A stretch of 64,000 nucleotides of DNA from Octopus sinensis (taxonomy: Eukaryota): contig NC_043001.1 of the NCBI RefSeq assembly GCF_006345805.1, positions 74,400,001-74,464,000 of the forward strand, given 5' to 3'. Position numbers and translations under genes: made by a program. Below the pieces are notes generated by a model, which was given only the letters and a program-made list of their open reading frames with translations, was not told the origin of the DNA and made no database searches. Of the stretch, positions 25,753 through 39,489 are shown piece by piece (position 1 is the first letter of the stretch; each line of letters starts with the position of its first letter).

Positions 25753-26044
25753 GTAAGTATTCATTTATTTTAAAATTTGTTCATATTTTTCTGTATATAC
25801 CTGTTTAAATTCAGTGTGAGATAACATATATTTTTTCACTTAAACACCAGGCTTCAAGTACATAGGAGACAAGAAATATGATTGTGTGGGATTCATGCCA
25901 TTCCCAAAAATAGAATAACAAATTTATGTTTGAAAATTGAAACCCAAGTTGTGAACCTGATTTCTCAGAAGTTTATCTCCCCTCAAATAAATTTGTTATG
26001 ATTCAATAAGAAATAATGCTTTTCAGTAGAGGCAAACATTCAGT

Positions 26045-26720
26045 ACAGGAAACGTATTTGACACAATCAACAGTAAAGTTGAACATATTTAATATAGTGA
26101 ACATCAACAATTAACAGTGAAAGTGCTGAGGCTTATTAATATAGAATCATCAGTTTAATATAAAATCAACTGTTAGAGGTGAATATATTTAATACAGTGA
26201 ACATCAACAGCCGACAGTAGAGGTGAACATATTTGATATTGTGAATGCCAACAATTAACAGTAGAAGTGACATATTTACTATAGTAAAGCATCAACAAAT
26301 CAACAGTTGAAGTGAACATGCTTAATACAGGTCACATCAATAACTACAAGTTAAAGAACTAGAATGTTTAATATAGAATGTCAACAGCTAAAAAGAGGGC
26401 AGCATATTTAATACAGTGAACATAACAATAAACTGTAGATAGGAACATAGTGGACATCAACAATAGAGGTAAACATGTTTAATACAGAGAACATTTGCAG
26501 CATAGGTGAACATATTTAATATAGTGAACATCAATAATCAACAAATGAGGTGATATATTTAATATTATAGTGAACATCGACAATTAACAATAGAGGTGAG
26601 TATATTTGATATTGTAGACATTAATAATTTATAGTAGTGATGAAGATATTTAATATAGCGAACATCAACAATTAAAAGGATAAGTGAACCTGTTTAATAC
26701 AACAAACATCAACAATGTAA
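26045..26720. repeat. Degenerate minisatellite, ~44-bp unit (gaacatatttaatatagtgaacatcaacaattaacagtagaggt)
   Basis: Roughly 15 recognisable units. Confidence 0.85.
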
Positions 26721-28428
26721 ATAGAAATGCAACACCAATTAAGAGAGGATAATATTGGCTTAATGACTAATATTATTTTATCCAATTTTACAAGTGTGAG
26801 TTATCTTCTCTACCTCTTTTAATCAAATCACTAAGAATATAATTTAATTAAAATTTCTTGATTTGTGACATCAGGAATGCTAGCGTTCACTTTACTGAAT
26901 ATCTAATTTTTTGAGTGTATTACTGAATATTTTGTGAAAATATAATAATAAAGATTATTATCATTATTATACAACTGGTCAGGCAGTGAGCTGTCTGAAT
27001 TGATTGAACACTGGACAAAATGCTTAGTGGCATTTCTTATGGCTTTATGTTCTTAGTGCAAATTCCGGTGAGGGGGTCAATAAATAAGTGCCAGTCAAGC
27101 ACCAGGGTCAATGTAATCGACTAGCCACTTCCCACCAAAATTTCAGGCCTGGTGCCTACAGTAGAAAGTATTATTACATAACTGGTTCAGGTGGCCTTGT
27201 GCCAAAATTAGAATTATTCTAATATGCTTAAATTAACTTTTCTTTTAAATGTTTAGATGTTACACAAAAGCAATAGTTGTGTAAAATATAAAAATGACAC
27301 TAAAGTAGACAGGTAGCTAGATAGAGAGATGGAAAGAAAGAAAGAATAGCACTTTTATATTCCTAATTTATGTCTTCATATATTTAGCAACTATTAATTT
27401 ATTCAGTTGGGTCCTTTTATTTCCAAAAACACCACTTAAGTATAAAGGGTGACGTATTTACTGTTCAAACTATTGTTTATTAAAAATATAAAAAATTAAA
27501 TCTAAAACCTTTACAACTGAGATAAGAAAACAGATGAAATCTACAGTTGGGTCCTTTAACAAGTCCCTGATTGAATAAGTCAAATATTAGATAAAGGTTT
27601 CTCAGTTGAATCTTGAAGTGTTTCCCCATCAGTGACAGAATCAAAACAAAGGTATGTGAAGTATGAAATGTACATAGTTGTTAGGACTGAGACGCCTACA
27701 AACTTTAAGAAGCTGACAAATAGTGTATTGTCAGACAGTTTGCAGTAGAGTTGTAAATATATTGATAGGTCAACAAAGAAAATAACTCTCCTCACCGTGA
27801 ATTCTATTTTATGTTTGCTTTCTATAAAGAAAGAAAATGGTAATAATAAAATATAGGAAATATGATTACATTTCAATATAGGAAATAGCATTAGGTTATT
27901 TATTTTAGGAAGAAAATTCTGACAAAATGTATTTAGAATTACTTTAGTCATGTCTTCAAAATAAACACCCACATACTCTTGCAAAGGCTATTCAGAAAAA
28001 TACATTCATGCTTCACAAACACATTACAATGAATGAAACAAATACGCACTAACACACACATTGTAATGAATGCGGAAAATACACCCACCCGTCACATACA
28101 GATATTGCATACAGTCCTACATCACACATCACGTATATATAGTGCATATATTCATACAGCACACATCATATACATATATTATATATACTAATACATCACA
28201 CAATCACACACACATTGCAATGAATGAAATAAATGCATACACATGTCACACTTGCTCTGTGTACACTCCCACATCACACACAAAACACACATGTTCAATG
28301 AATGAGCCAAATGTACACACAAACTCCTACACATCACACAAACACTTTGCTATGAATGTAACAAATACACTCATACATTATGCACACATGCACACACACA
28401 GACACACAAACACAGACACACACACACA

Positions 28429-28468
<40 letters not shown>

Positions 28469-29639
28469 CAATGAATAAAATAAATACAAAAACTGTGCAA
28501 ATTTGGTGCAAATTTAACTGGATGAAAAGTACAGGCATCCTTCTGCCTTATGGAAGCATTGTTTTCCAGAAATTCTTGCAGTAACATTAAGTACCATAAT
28601 ATAGAGTTCCATTGTGTGAAATCTAGTTCCCATTGGTTTCCTGTTACATCAAAGTCAATGAATATGGAATCAGTGGCAAAATATGTTTTGCGTCATGGAA
28701 TTCTACATTATATTCTTTTACTCTTTTACTTGTTTCGGTCATTTGACTGTAGCCATGCTGGAGCACCACCTTTAGTCAAGCAAATCGACCCCAGGACTTA
28801 TTCTTTGTAAGCCTAGTACTTATTCTATCTGTCTTTTTTGCCGAACCGCTAAGTTACTGGGACGTAAACACAAAAGCATCGGTTGTCAAGTGATGTTGGG
28901 GGACAAACACAGACACACAAACATATACACATACATACATATATATAAATATATACATATATACGATGGGCTTCTTTCAGTTTCCATCCACCAAATCTAC
29001 TCACAAGGCTTTGGTCAGCCTGAGGCTATAGTAGAAGACACTTGCCCAAGGTGCTACACAGTGGGACTGAACCTGGAAGCATGTGGTTCGTAAGCAAGCT
29101 ACTTATCATACAGCCACTCCTACGCCTATGGTAAGATTTTCAAGAATGCAACATTTTGTAATGCATAGGATGTTTGCAGAGAGTACTATGTAATAATACT
29201 TCCTCCTACAGTTTATATAATTGTGGTAAATAGAGTCACACAAGGCCTTGTTCTTGGTTCCTTTCTGTTCTTGTTGTTGTTGAAAATAGATGAACGTATA
29301 CACTCAGCTGCATTCAATAACTGTGCAAATGACACTAAAGTGGTGATAAAGATCATAACATATTGTGGTGTCTGAATAATCTAATGAGGACTAGGAGATT
29401 TATACAATTGTTTTTTATCTTCTACTTGTTTCAATCATTGGATTGTGGCCATGCTAAGACACTGCCTTGAAACGTTATTTTAGTTGAATGAATCAACACC
29501 AGCAATGCCTATGGTTATGAATGAATATACAAGGTGTTTAGATTAAATTTGGCAGTTTTCATAAGAGGAAAACGCAATATTCCATCCAAAAATAAAAGTA
29601 TTTAAAAAAATTAAAAAACATCTATTAGATTATGGCTAG

Positions 29640-30150
29640 GAGATAGCAATTTACTTAAAGTAGTTGCCTTCAGCTTCCACCATGGTCTCAAGATGGCTCC
29701 GGAATCTGGTACCTGCATTCCTCACTGTGTCCCTATGAAGATCTTTGAACACCCCTTTGATCTTGGCCACCATCTTGATTTTGGTATTGTTGACAGAGAG
29801 GTTGGTATCATTCTCAACAGCACCCCCACACATTGTAATCTATATGATTATGATCAGGGAAATTAGGATGCCAGATATTGGGGCTGGTGAAGTCATAGAA
29901 ATTCTCTGACAACCACTTAAGGCACTTTCTGGGGATATGGGAAGGAGCTAAATCCTGCTGCCACACACATGTGGCCTTCCAGCAGTAACCCTCTCCAGCT
30001 AAGATTTGCCCACAGTCTGCAGCAACTTCACATTGCTGTCTGAACTGAGCCTAAGAGGTAGGGATGAACTCTGGCATGTGGATGCAGTCAGAATGCCTGT
30101 TGTATCCTTTCCTACTGTGGCCTTGCTGAAACACTGCCTTGGAGGATTTT
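29640..30150 (-). mobile_element. Tc1/mariner (maT-like) transposase C-terminal remnant
   Basis: VWQQDLAPSH...WLSENF...WHPNFPDHNHIDYNVWG and FRSHLETMVEAEGNYFK. Confidence 0.75.
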
Positions 30151-31357
30151 ATTCAAAGAAATCTACCTTAGTATTTACTTATTTGTTTAAATTTGGTACT
30201 TGTTCTATTAGTCTCTTTTGTTAAACTGCTAGGCTATGGGACTGTAAACAAAACAACCCCAATTGTTAAGCAGTGTGTGTGTGTGGAAACAATCATACAC
30301 ATACACACACATAATAGGTTTCCACACAGTTTCTGTCTACTGTATTCACTTAGAAAGCATTTGTCATCTCAGGGTTATAATAGAAGACATTTGCTCGTGG
30401 TGCAGTGCATTAGGATTGAACTCAAATCCATGTGGTTGCAAAGTGTGCTTCTATACCACACAGTCAAGTCTGTACCAGGTGAAAAATGCTTGAAAATCTT
30501 GGTAGATAAAAGAGGAATAGGGAATACTGTCTAATCCTAACAATTCCTTCTTCGAAATCTCATGTCTGGAACCTATAGAATAACAATTTGATGCTTTAGT
30601 ATTTAAACCAGCTACATCCAAACAAAATATTTTAATTGTTTTTATGTTCAAACTGACCAGCTCCAGCCTTTCCCACCTACCCTACAATGTCATTCTAACT
30701 ATAAAACAATCACTTCAATGAAATCTCAAAGCCATGAGATTATGCATGATTACTTCAAGACAATGTGAATAAATAAGCATTACATTTGACAGAGTAAAAA
30801 AAAGGGTCAAAAACAAAATTACATTTGTACAACAATCTCTTCAAAGGATAACTGAAATTTCATGAAACTTTCCAAGGACTAATTTCTTGTCACTGCATTT
30901 CCAGTGACAAGTGGGGTCTGTACACATAGCCTCTGAAAGTGTGGTATTGCAACATTACTGGTGCCCAGCTGTATCGGCCTTTGCCTTTCCCTTAGATATG
31001 GGATACCAGCCTGTTCCAGCTATTGTTGGAATTTATTTACAGCTGGATGTAAATGTTTTTGCTAAAGGATATAATGCATTACCTGGTCCAGGAATTGAAA
31101 CCACAACCTTATGATCGTCGTAAGTGCAACACCCAAACCACCAGACTGCACACCTACAGAGTCATTAATATAAGTACCTGTAAAATATGGGGGGGGGGGG
31201 TCTTTTGTAAATGTACTCAAGACCAATAAATTTTTGGATTGTTTATCAATATGTATTTGTGTAAGAAAGAATGTATGCCTATGTTTGCCTGTATCGCCGT
31301 ATATGTGTGCATATAAGTATATAATGTGTATTTATATTCATATCTTCCTTCTTTAAG

Positions 31358-31480
31358 ATAAAGCATGTACACTAAACAAACCACAGTTTCAGTGTATCAA
31401 AGATGGTGTCTGTATAGATATTGAGTACAGATGTGATGAAGTTGTACAGTGTGATGATTTCAGTGATGAAATTAACTGTG
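31358..31480 (+). CDS. LDL-receptor class A module 1 (KACTLNKPQFQCIKDGVCIDIEYRCDEVVQCDDFSDEINC)
   Basis: Six Cys in LDLa spacing, F-x-C, C-D and D-x-S-D-E motifs; acceptor cttctttaag, donor gtaagt at 31481; 123 nt, phase 1-1. Confidence 0.93.
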
Positions 31481-31839
31481 GTAAGTCTTCCCTACCACAC
31501 ACAGATTGGTCCCCTTAGTTCATAGATGATGCATAGCATACCTAGTAGATTTTTACCTATATCAGATGTTTACATATATTCTGTGAATATATATATGTAT
31601 GCTATAATATTATAATAAAACCCACAAATCTCGTTAAGTATAGCTACCCAGGATTTTCTGGCTGAAATGAGAATTTATTTCACCATTTTTCAAGCTGAGT
31701 ACTGTTGAAATAAATAATTTTTTTGACCAGGAAACCCTAGGTAGCTGTATGTAACAAGATTTGTGGCTTTTACTATAACATTATCTTTGTTGCGTTAGCT
31801 GTTCAAGTGCTTTTCTACTTGTTGAAGCATAACCACAGT

Positions 31840-31915
<76 letters not shown>

Positions 31916-31940
31916 AAATTATGTTATTTATATTGATACA

Positions 31941-31982
<42 letters not shown>

Positions 31983-32289
31983 TTACTATTCCTCTCCTGT
32001 AATTGCTTTATGCTAAATAGTAGGCATACAACCCTACCTCTTATTATTTCATGCTGTAGACAAACCATTTCACATATATTCCGTATTTCGACCACTTAGT
32101 TGAATAAAACTTCTACAGCTGCTACATTTCACACACCCAACCTCGCTTCCAACTGCAGTTGTTAATACTGTCTTTGCATTTACTTATTCATGATAAAGAA
32201 ATACTAGTTAATCTTCCTTCAGGCTGTTTTCAGTTGTGGCTTGTCTGGTAATACCAGTTTTTTTTTGTTTTTTTTTAAATTTCTGACAG

Positions 32290-32391
32290 GATGCAGAGAA
32301 GAGTTATCAACTATCTCAGATTATCAGTTTTATACAGCAAATAATATATCTATCTCATTTCCTACAAACAGGGCTAGTCCTAGAAATACTG
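32290..32391 (+). CDS. Candidate spacer exon (GCREELSTISDYQFYTANNISISFPTNRASPRNT)
   Basis: Strong pyrimidine tract plus ctgacag acceptor, open phase-1 frame, weak donor gtattc; no recognisable domain. Confidence 0.25.
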
Positions 32392-33562
32392 GTATTCTGG
32401 ACAAACTGAATTTTGGCACCTTTGCATACCAACACCGCCTCTATCACCATCATCATTGTCTTTGTTTTAATGTCCACCTTTCCATGATTTTGTGGGTCAG
32501 GTGAGATTTGTTGAAGTAGTTTTTTTTCTATGACTAGATGCCCTTTCTGTCTCCAGCCTTCACCTTTTTCCAAGCAAGGTAATAATTTCCCTCCTGCTCT
32601 AGAACTCCATACATGAACAAGACAACACTTAGACATGTTTCTATGGAAGATTGCAACCTTAATTTGCAAACATTACCTTGTATGATGGCACCATTTGTTT
32701 ACAATAAGTATGCAATCTTCAGACATGGAAGCCCAAATGCACACACACACGCATAAGCACACACACACACAGACACACAGAGCTGAGAGGCTTCTTTCAA
32801 TTTCCATCTACCACATCCACTCACAAACTGTGACTGGCCGTAAGCCTGGGACCATAATAGAAGATACTTACCCAAGGAATCGCACATTGGGAGTGAGCCC
32901 AAAACCACATATATAATTTAAATATACTTTAACAAAGAATGGTGTCAAGAAGGTCAGCTGGTTGTAAAACATTGCTTCAAAAAGTCCCAATCCAACAGCA
33001 AGGAAAGACAGACACAAAAATAATTAATACTTGGTTGCTTATATTTATCACTTATTGATGTGCTGTCTTAAAAAGTGAGTATGTGCTATTGAATAGGCTC
33101 AATAAGGTTGAAATGGATTTGGCATTTTTGTTTGCTACACCTCAGATGAATTTTGATCTCACTTTGATATCTATTGTGTCCATAACACTGCATGTCCATA
33201 AGAGCTATTATCTCAAGACAAATACCACAATAACTAACCTAACAACAGAGTATATACATTGAGTATGATACACAGATGGCATTGTTTTATAGTTGATTTT
33301 TAATTGTCCAGATAGACAATACAAAGAAAACAAGGACAGGTCATTCGAAGTTTTCTATCTTCAGTCAAGAACCAGATTATCCTCGCAATTTCAGCTGATT
33401 ATTCTTGAGATTGCTCCAATCTGGCCAGCCCCAAAGAAAAACTAAGCTAAGACCATTAGATTCCTTCGAAGAAAGCATTGAATGTATACAAAAACAAGGA
33501 CGGAAAAAACAGACAATGTTACACAAATATAAATACAATAAAAAATATGTATGTATATATAT

Positions 33563-33611
<49 letters not shown>

Positions 33612-33644
33612 GGGTGTGTGTGTGATTGTGTATAGAAGAATATA

Positions 33645-34078
33645 TTAATAAAAGGAATTCCAACCTTGTCTGATTTTCACGTTTTATTTACAATCTTATA
33701 ATGATATAAGATAATATAATATAATAAAATAAAATAAAATAATAGAATGTTAAATGTTCATTCTGATTTAATGTACTTTCATGCATTAAATTCTGCAATC
33801 TTCAGGTTCGTGTAGTAGTGGTGACAGTCATGCTTCACAATTTTGTGAAGCATGACTGTCACCACTACACGAAAATTGTGAAGCATGACTGTCACCACTA
33901 CTACACGAACCTGAAGATTGCAGAATTTAATGCATGAAAGTACATTAAATCAGAATGAACATTAACATTCTATTATTTTATTTTATTTTATTTTATTTTA
34001 TTATATTATATTATCTTATATCATTATAAGATTGTAAATAAAACGTGAAAATCAGACAAGGTTGGAATTCCTTTTATT

Positions 34079-34080
<2 letters not shown>
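33645..34080. repeat. Near-perfect palindrome, ~200-bp arms, with a ~33-bp duplication at the centre
   Basis: ttaataaaaggaattccaacc...ggttggaattccttttattaa; ttgtgaagcatgactgtcaccactac occurs twice at the centre; contains caatcttcaggt/acctgaagattg like the first palindrome. Confidence 0.95.
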
Positions 34081-34120
<40 letters not shown>

Positions 34121-35489
34121 CATATGTTATTGACTTGGATATTCCATGAGCCTAACAAGACAGGTTCTCTTAGGGGCCTGCAAAACTTGAAGTAGCATGG
34201 AATCCGAATCAAAGTGTTTTGAATAATACATATAACTCCCAATAAATGTGTTGAGTGCCCTTTCTTTCATTTGTCCACTCACTCATACACACACGCACAA
34301 ACACACACACACACACACACACACACTGTCAACATCATGTAGCTGCTAACATGCTGAATGAAGTATAGTTACTTCAATAAACTGTGTATTACTACAATCC
34401 AAGGCAGAAATGTTTATAATAAGGGTGTCTCTGTAACCAGAATTATCAATAAATTGTCTTGGCTTATTTATCTTCCTCAATGTCTGGCAGAGCATTGGAA
34501 TGTTGGGATGAGATGGGGGTTAGGTGGGGGTGGGGGTGGGAACAGATTATACAACAACAACACTATTAATAACCCTCACAGCTATTATTACCTCCCCATA
34601 AGATTGTACAGATGCTTATTGGTGTTACTTGTCTTACATTGTATCATTCTCCTTAGATTTAGTTTTTTTTTTTGTGTTTCTTAATCCTAATTTAAACACT
34701 GTACATTTAAAAATAAATCATGTCTAATGAAAATAAAAAAAAAACATACTAAAAATACTATTTAATCAAAAAAATTCAATTTAATCCATCAAAATCTGAT
34801 TGTTGTTTATCACAGAACATGCTTTGTATCTTTTCTTTGATATTTTCCCATCATTTCAACACCTTTGCTAATTAGACCTCCCTGACTCGTCTTTCATTAC
34901 CCATACCCTGCAAACTTCTTGTGTTCCCACAATATTCCTAATTATTTGCTACCTCTAAAACATCCCCTAAAGATTAATGATTTGCTATGGGATTATCAGC
35001 TTTTATTGTTGCAAAATATTTCTTTTTCAATTCCCTTCATCTTCCGTAACTAACCAGGTTAATTATCACTAATCATGTCAGGTAAGATGTTATTACCTTT
35101 AAAGAGTAAAAGAGAAAATTATTTATATCTTGTCTAAAAGATATCTTTTTATGTATTTATTTGATTATCTTTTTTATGGCAATTATCTGTTATCCATTCT
35201 CCCTGATCTTGATGAAAATTTCTTTTAGCTATTTTGGGATTGCTGTTGTAAATCTTCTAGTTTCTTTTTAATTAAAAATAATCTTGTAAAAGTTTCTATT
35301 CCAGGTCTTATTCTTACACTGTGTCATTCGAAACATTCTTATTGACAGTAGTTTTGATATATTTTCAGAGTTAACTGACATAGACTAAAAATGTGGACTA
35401 ATTTGGTCTGAATTGTAGCTGTCACTTAAATCAATGAGGTTACTATATGCTAAATAGATTAACATGGCCTATAAATGTTCATTAAAATC

Positions 35490-35740
35490 ATATCATCTAA
35501 ATTGATATAGTTTGTAGATATTGACTAGATTGACATTACCTGTAGATTTTGACTGCATTGACATAATCTGTTGATGACTATTGATATAATTTGTAGATGT
35601 TGATTTCAACTATATTGATGTAGTCTGTAGGTGGTGACTACTGACATAGCCTATAGATGTTGACTGCATTGACACAGTTTGTAGATGTTGACTGTATTGA
35701 CACCCTGTAGATGTTGATTGAATTTGATTACAAATTCTGA
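35490..35740. repeat. Degenerate minisatellite, ~27-bp unit (tgtagatgttgactgcattgacatagc), decaying out to ~36400
   Basis: Repeated tgtagat(g/a/t)ttgact..attgac. Confidence 0.8.
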
Positions 35741-36719
35741 ATGCTGACTAAATTGATATGACAGTGCTGAATTAACTTGCCCTCTAAATATTCACTGAAT
35801 TGGTCTGTACTGCAAATACTGACAAAATTAAGTTTGATATAAATACTGAATATTTACAAAATTAACTTAATTTTGACAGATTAATCTACCCTAAATTGGT
35901 ATAGTCTATAAATATTAGTTTACTACAAGTACTCTATGTTGAGTGGTCTAATACAGACAGCGACAAAACTGACATTAACTAAAATCATTTACTAATGTGA
36001 TATAGATACTGAATGTTGATTAAATTGACATCTACCATAAGTATTAACTGATGTGATGCAGATATGTTGAGTTGACAAAACTGAAACAAGCTGATTACTG
36101 TAATATAAATAGTGCTTACTGATTGAATTGACAAACAGTAAATATTGACTATTGTGTTATAAGTATTGCATGTTGACAAAATTGACATCGACAGTAAATA
36201 TTGAGTAATGTGGTACAAAAATTATCGACTAAATTGTCAAGAACTATAAATGTTGCTTGTAAATGTCAACTAAATCAGAAACACATACTGTCCATAAAGG
36301 ACAAGAGATATAAATATTTACTGACATAGACATATTGTATGTTCATGAGACTGATAATGTAAATGTCAACTACATTTATGACACTTAGATAATATTGTAA
36401 AGATGATACAAATAAATCCTAGACATTGATGAGATGAGAAAGAGAGAGAGACAGAAAGAGTACATGAAGTTGAACGTTTTATGCTTATATGTAAATGTCT
36501 TTCTTAACCTATTCATTGCTCTTACTCTTAAATTTCTATTTGATATATTTTAATTTTCTTCAGTTATTTTACTTGTTTCAAAATTTCTAAATTTAATTAA
36601 TATAATTAACTAACTAATTAATTATCCAAGTTTTCTTTTTTCCACTGTACTGATTTGAATCTTTTTTTTTCACTTATTCATTTTTATATTTATTTATTTT
36701 ATTTCATTCCCCTCACCAG

Positions 36720-36758
36720 TAGACATCAGACCATTTTCAGGTTATTATCATGGAATGG
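36720..36758 (+). CDS. Candidate micro-exon (xDIRPFSGYYHGM)
   Basis: Long T-rich tract plus ctcaccag acceptor, donor gtatgt, 39 nt, phase 1-1; no homology evidence. Confidence 0.25.
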
Positions 36759-38950
36759 GTATGTTCTGGATTTTAATGTATTATATTTTAGTTAGAACAA
36801 TTATTCTTTTCTTAGTTACTCTATTCTATTTTTAAAATTTTCTTTCCTAACACATTATTTCAACCAGATTAAACCTTAATATTTATCTATAAATTTCTCT
36901 GCATGGAAACTATTCACAGATTATGTACAAGACATCAGGTGTATATTGTGCTGTCTCTCTCTCTACTAATCAACTTGAAGAATTTTATAGCCAGAATGAC
37001 AGTGATAATGGTATGTCAAATGGTTGAATCCTAAGATAACAATCAATGATGTGAAGAGATTGGAAAAGTGTCTTTAGATGGTTGCTGAAAGGTGCTATAA
37101 CATGAAAAAAGCACAGTCGTTACTCACTACTTATTTGCTAGCATGTATTATGCATTGGTTAATATTTTAAGTACCTAGATAGTACTGACACTTTATTGGT
37201 CCTTCTGCTTTTTAGCCTAGTGGAAAGTAAGGATATGACAGCTGCAGGGAGATAGAGGGAACTGCTCCAGGACAGAAAAATTGGAAGTAGTCTTTAATGT
37301 TTCAAGCATATGCTCTTCTATAGAAAGAATGAGGAGAGAGAAAAATACACACACACACACACACACCTGTGCATGCAACATTGAACTGAAAACACTGTGT
37401 AACTGTGTTCTGCTCAATCCTCATTTATCAAAGTGATGAGAGTCCAATATATATATCATCATCATCATCATCAGTTAACGTCCGCTTTCCATGCTAGCAT
37501 GGGTTGGACAATTTGACTGAGGATTGGTGAACCAGATGGCTGCACCAGGCTCCAATCTTGAGCTGGAAGAGTTTCTACAGCTGGATGCCCTTCCTAATGC
37601 CAACCACTCCAAGAGTGTAGTGGGTGCTTTTATGTGCAACCAGCACGAGGGGCAGTTAGGCGGTACTGGCAATGGCCATGCTCAAATGCTGTTTTTTACA
37701 TGCAGCCTCCACAGGAGCCAGTCTAGCAGCACTGGCAATGACCTCGCTTGAATGTTTTGTTCACGTGCCAGTAAGGCAACACTGGTAACGATCATGCTCA
37801 AATGGTGCTTTTTATGTGCCATCAGTATGGTATATATATATATATATATATACATCTCTCTCTTTTTCTTTCTCTCTCTCTCTCTCTATATATATATATA
37901 CACACACATACACACATACATGTATATGACTTAGTATTTAGGGGTATTTGGTTCATAATTGTAAGGTTGTGAGTTCAATACCTGGCAATGTGTTGTGTCT
38001 TTGAGCAAGACACTTTATTTCAGGTTTCTCCAGTCAACTCAGCTGCAAAAATGAGTAGTACCTGTATTTCAAAGGGCCAGCCTCATCACATTCTGCGTCA
38101 CACTGAACCTCCCAGAGAACTACATTAAGGGTATGTAAGTCTGTGGAGTGCTCAGCCACTTGTTCATTAATTACACAAGTATGTAGTTCTGTTGATTGGG
38201 TCAACTGGATCCCTTGTCTTTGTAACTGATGGAGTGCCACACATGCATGTATATATTGTATGGGTTGGTGAATATTTGTTTTCAAATGAAGAACAAAATA
38301 CTCAGTACGTAAAGTAACATATATTTTTCTCTTTTTGTAAAAATTTCAAGCTTCTTGAATTGATATTGACTTTCATGTTCTCAGTTATTCAAGCAATTGA
38401 CACAGGAAAACAGCATGACAATATATAAACAAAAACAAACAAAACAACAGAAAGCTATTATATAAGATTTGATTGCTTGCCTAATAACTGTTGGAAAAAA
38501 AGCCTCTCACATTCATCATCATTATCATCATCATCATCATCATCATCATCGTTTAACGTCCGTTTTCCATGCTAGCATTGGTTGGCCAGTTTGACCAGTG
38601 TCTGGGAAGCCAGGAGGCTGCACCAGGCTCCAGTCTGATCTGGCAGTATTTCTACAGCTGGATGCCCTTCCTAATGCCAACCACTCTGTGAGTGTAGTGG
38701 GTGCTTTTTATGTGCCAGGGAAAGCTGGCAGCAGCCACGATCGGTTGGTGCTTTTTACGTGCCACCGGCATGGCAGCCAGTCATTGCCGCTTTGACTTTC
38801 ATGTAGAAAATATATCTACCACTTCACACGCAAAAAAGAAAATATATTTTCATGTATTCAGTACCACATGTGTAAAACACATGAAAGCAATAAAGTTTTA
38901 GTGTCAATGAATAATTGAGCATTTATTTACCTTATATTTTCATCTTTCAG

Positions 38951-39049
38951 AATACGACAAATACTTTAAGTGGAAAATAAACTATTTTAGTCTCCTTGTA
39001 TTTGAAAATTCTTCTAGAAAAATCATTGGAAGTGTCTGCTTGTCCAGTG
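38951..39049 (+). CDS. Candidate spacer exon (xYDKYFKWKINYFSLLVFENSSRKIIGSVCLSS)
   Basis: Acceptor tattttcatctttcag, donor gtgaga, 99 nt, phase 1-1; no recognisable domain. Confidence 0.25.
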
Positions 39050-39489
39050 GTGAGAGACAAAGAGAATACTGTCTGGAGCCATCATTGTCACCAACAAGTG
39101 TTGTACAATAGACCAATTGATTTTATAATTGTTTTATCATTCTTTAAACTCCAGCTATATATATAAATGGATAGTGAGGTGATAGCATACTTCTTAAGTG
39201 TCTGAAGGTATATCCATACAGTGAGAATTTTTTAAAAGTGATTTTCAATAAGCTTACAAATATAATTAACTAAGTAACTATATAAGCTCAGTAAACTAAT
39301 ATAAGAGAAGATAAATCATCAGGAAGTCAGATATTAAATTATTATGAATAGAGAGTGAGAGAGATTTTTACCATATCTGTACTGGAATGTTTTCTTCTGT
39401 TTATTCTGGCTATGGAAGCAGCAAATTTCTTGATACACCTGTAGTTCATCTTAACACTATTGCTGTTAAAGATTTTACAATATTTATGG

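Noticed and set aside
26045-26720. Regularly spaced repeats resembling a CRISPR array
   Set aside because: Whole units are degenerate tandem copies without unique spacers; eukaryotic intron, no cas genes.
27580-27984. 134-aa minus-strand ORF
   Set aside because: No recognisable motif; AT-rich chance ORF antisense within an intron.
33312-33500. CUB-like string EPDYPRNFS*LFLRL...EC after a ccag acceptor
   Set aside because: In-frame stop at the expected Cys, wrong phase, no usable donor; lies in what appears to be an interspersed repeat with aaaacaaggac at both ends.
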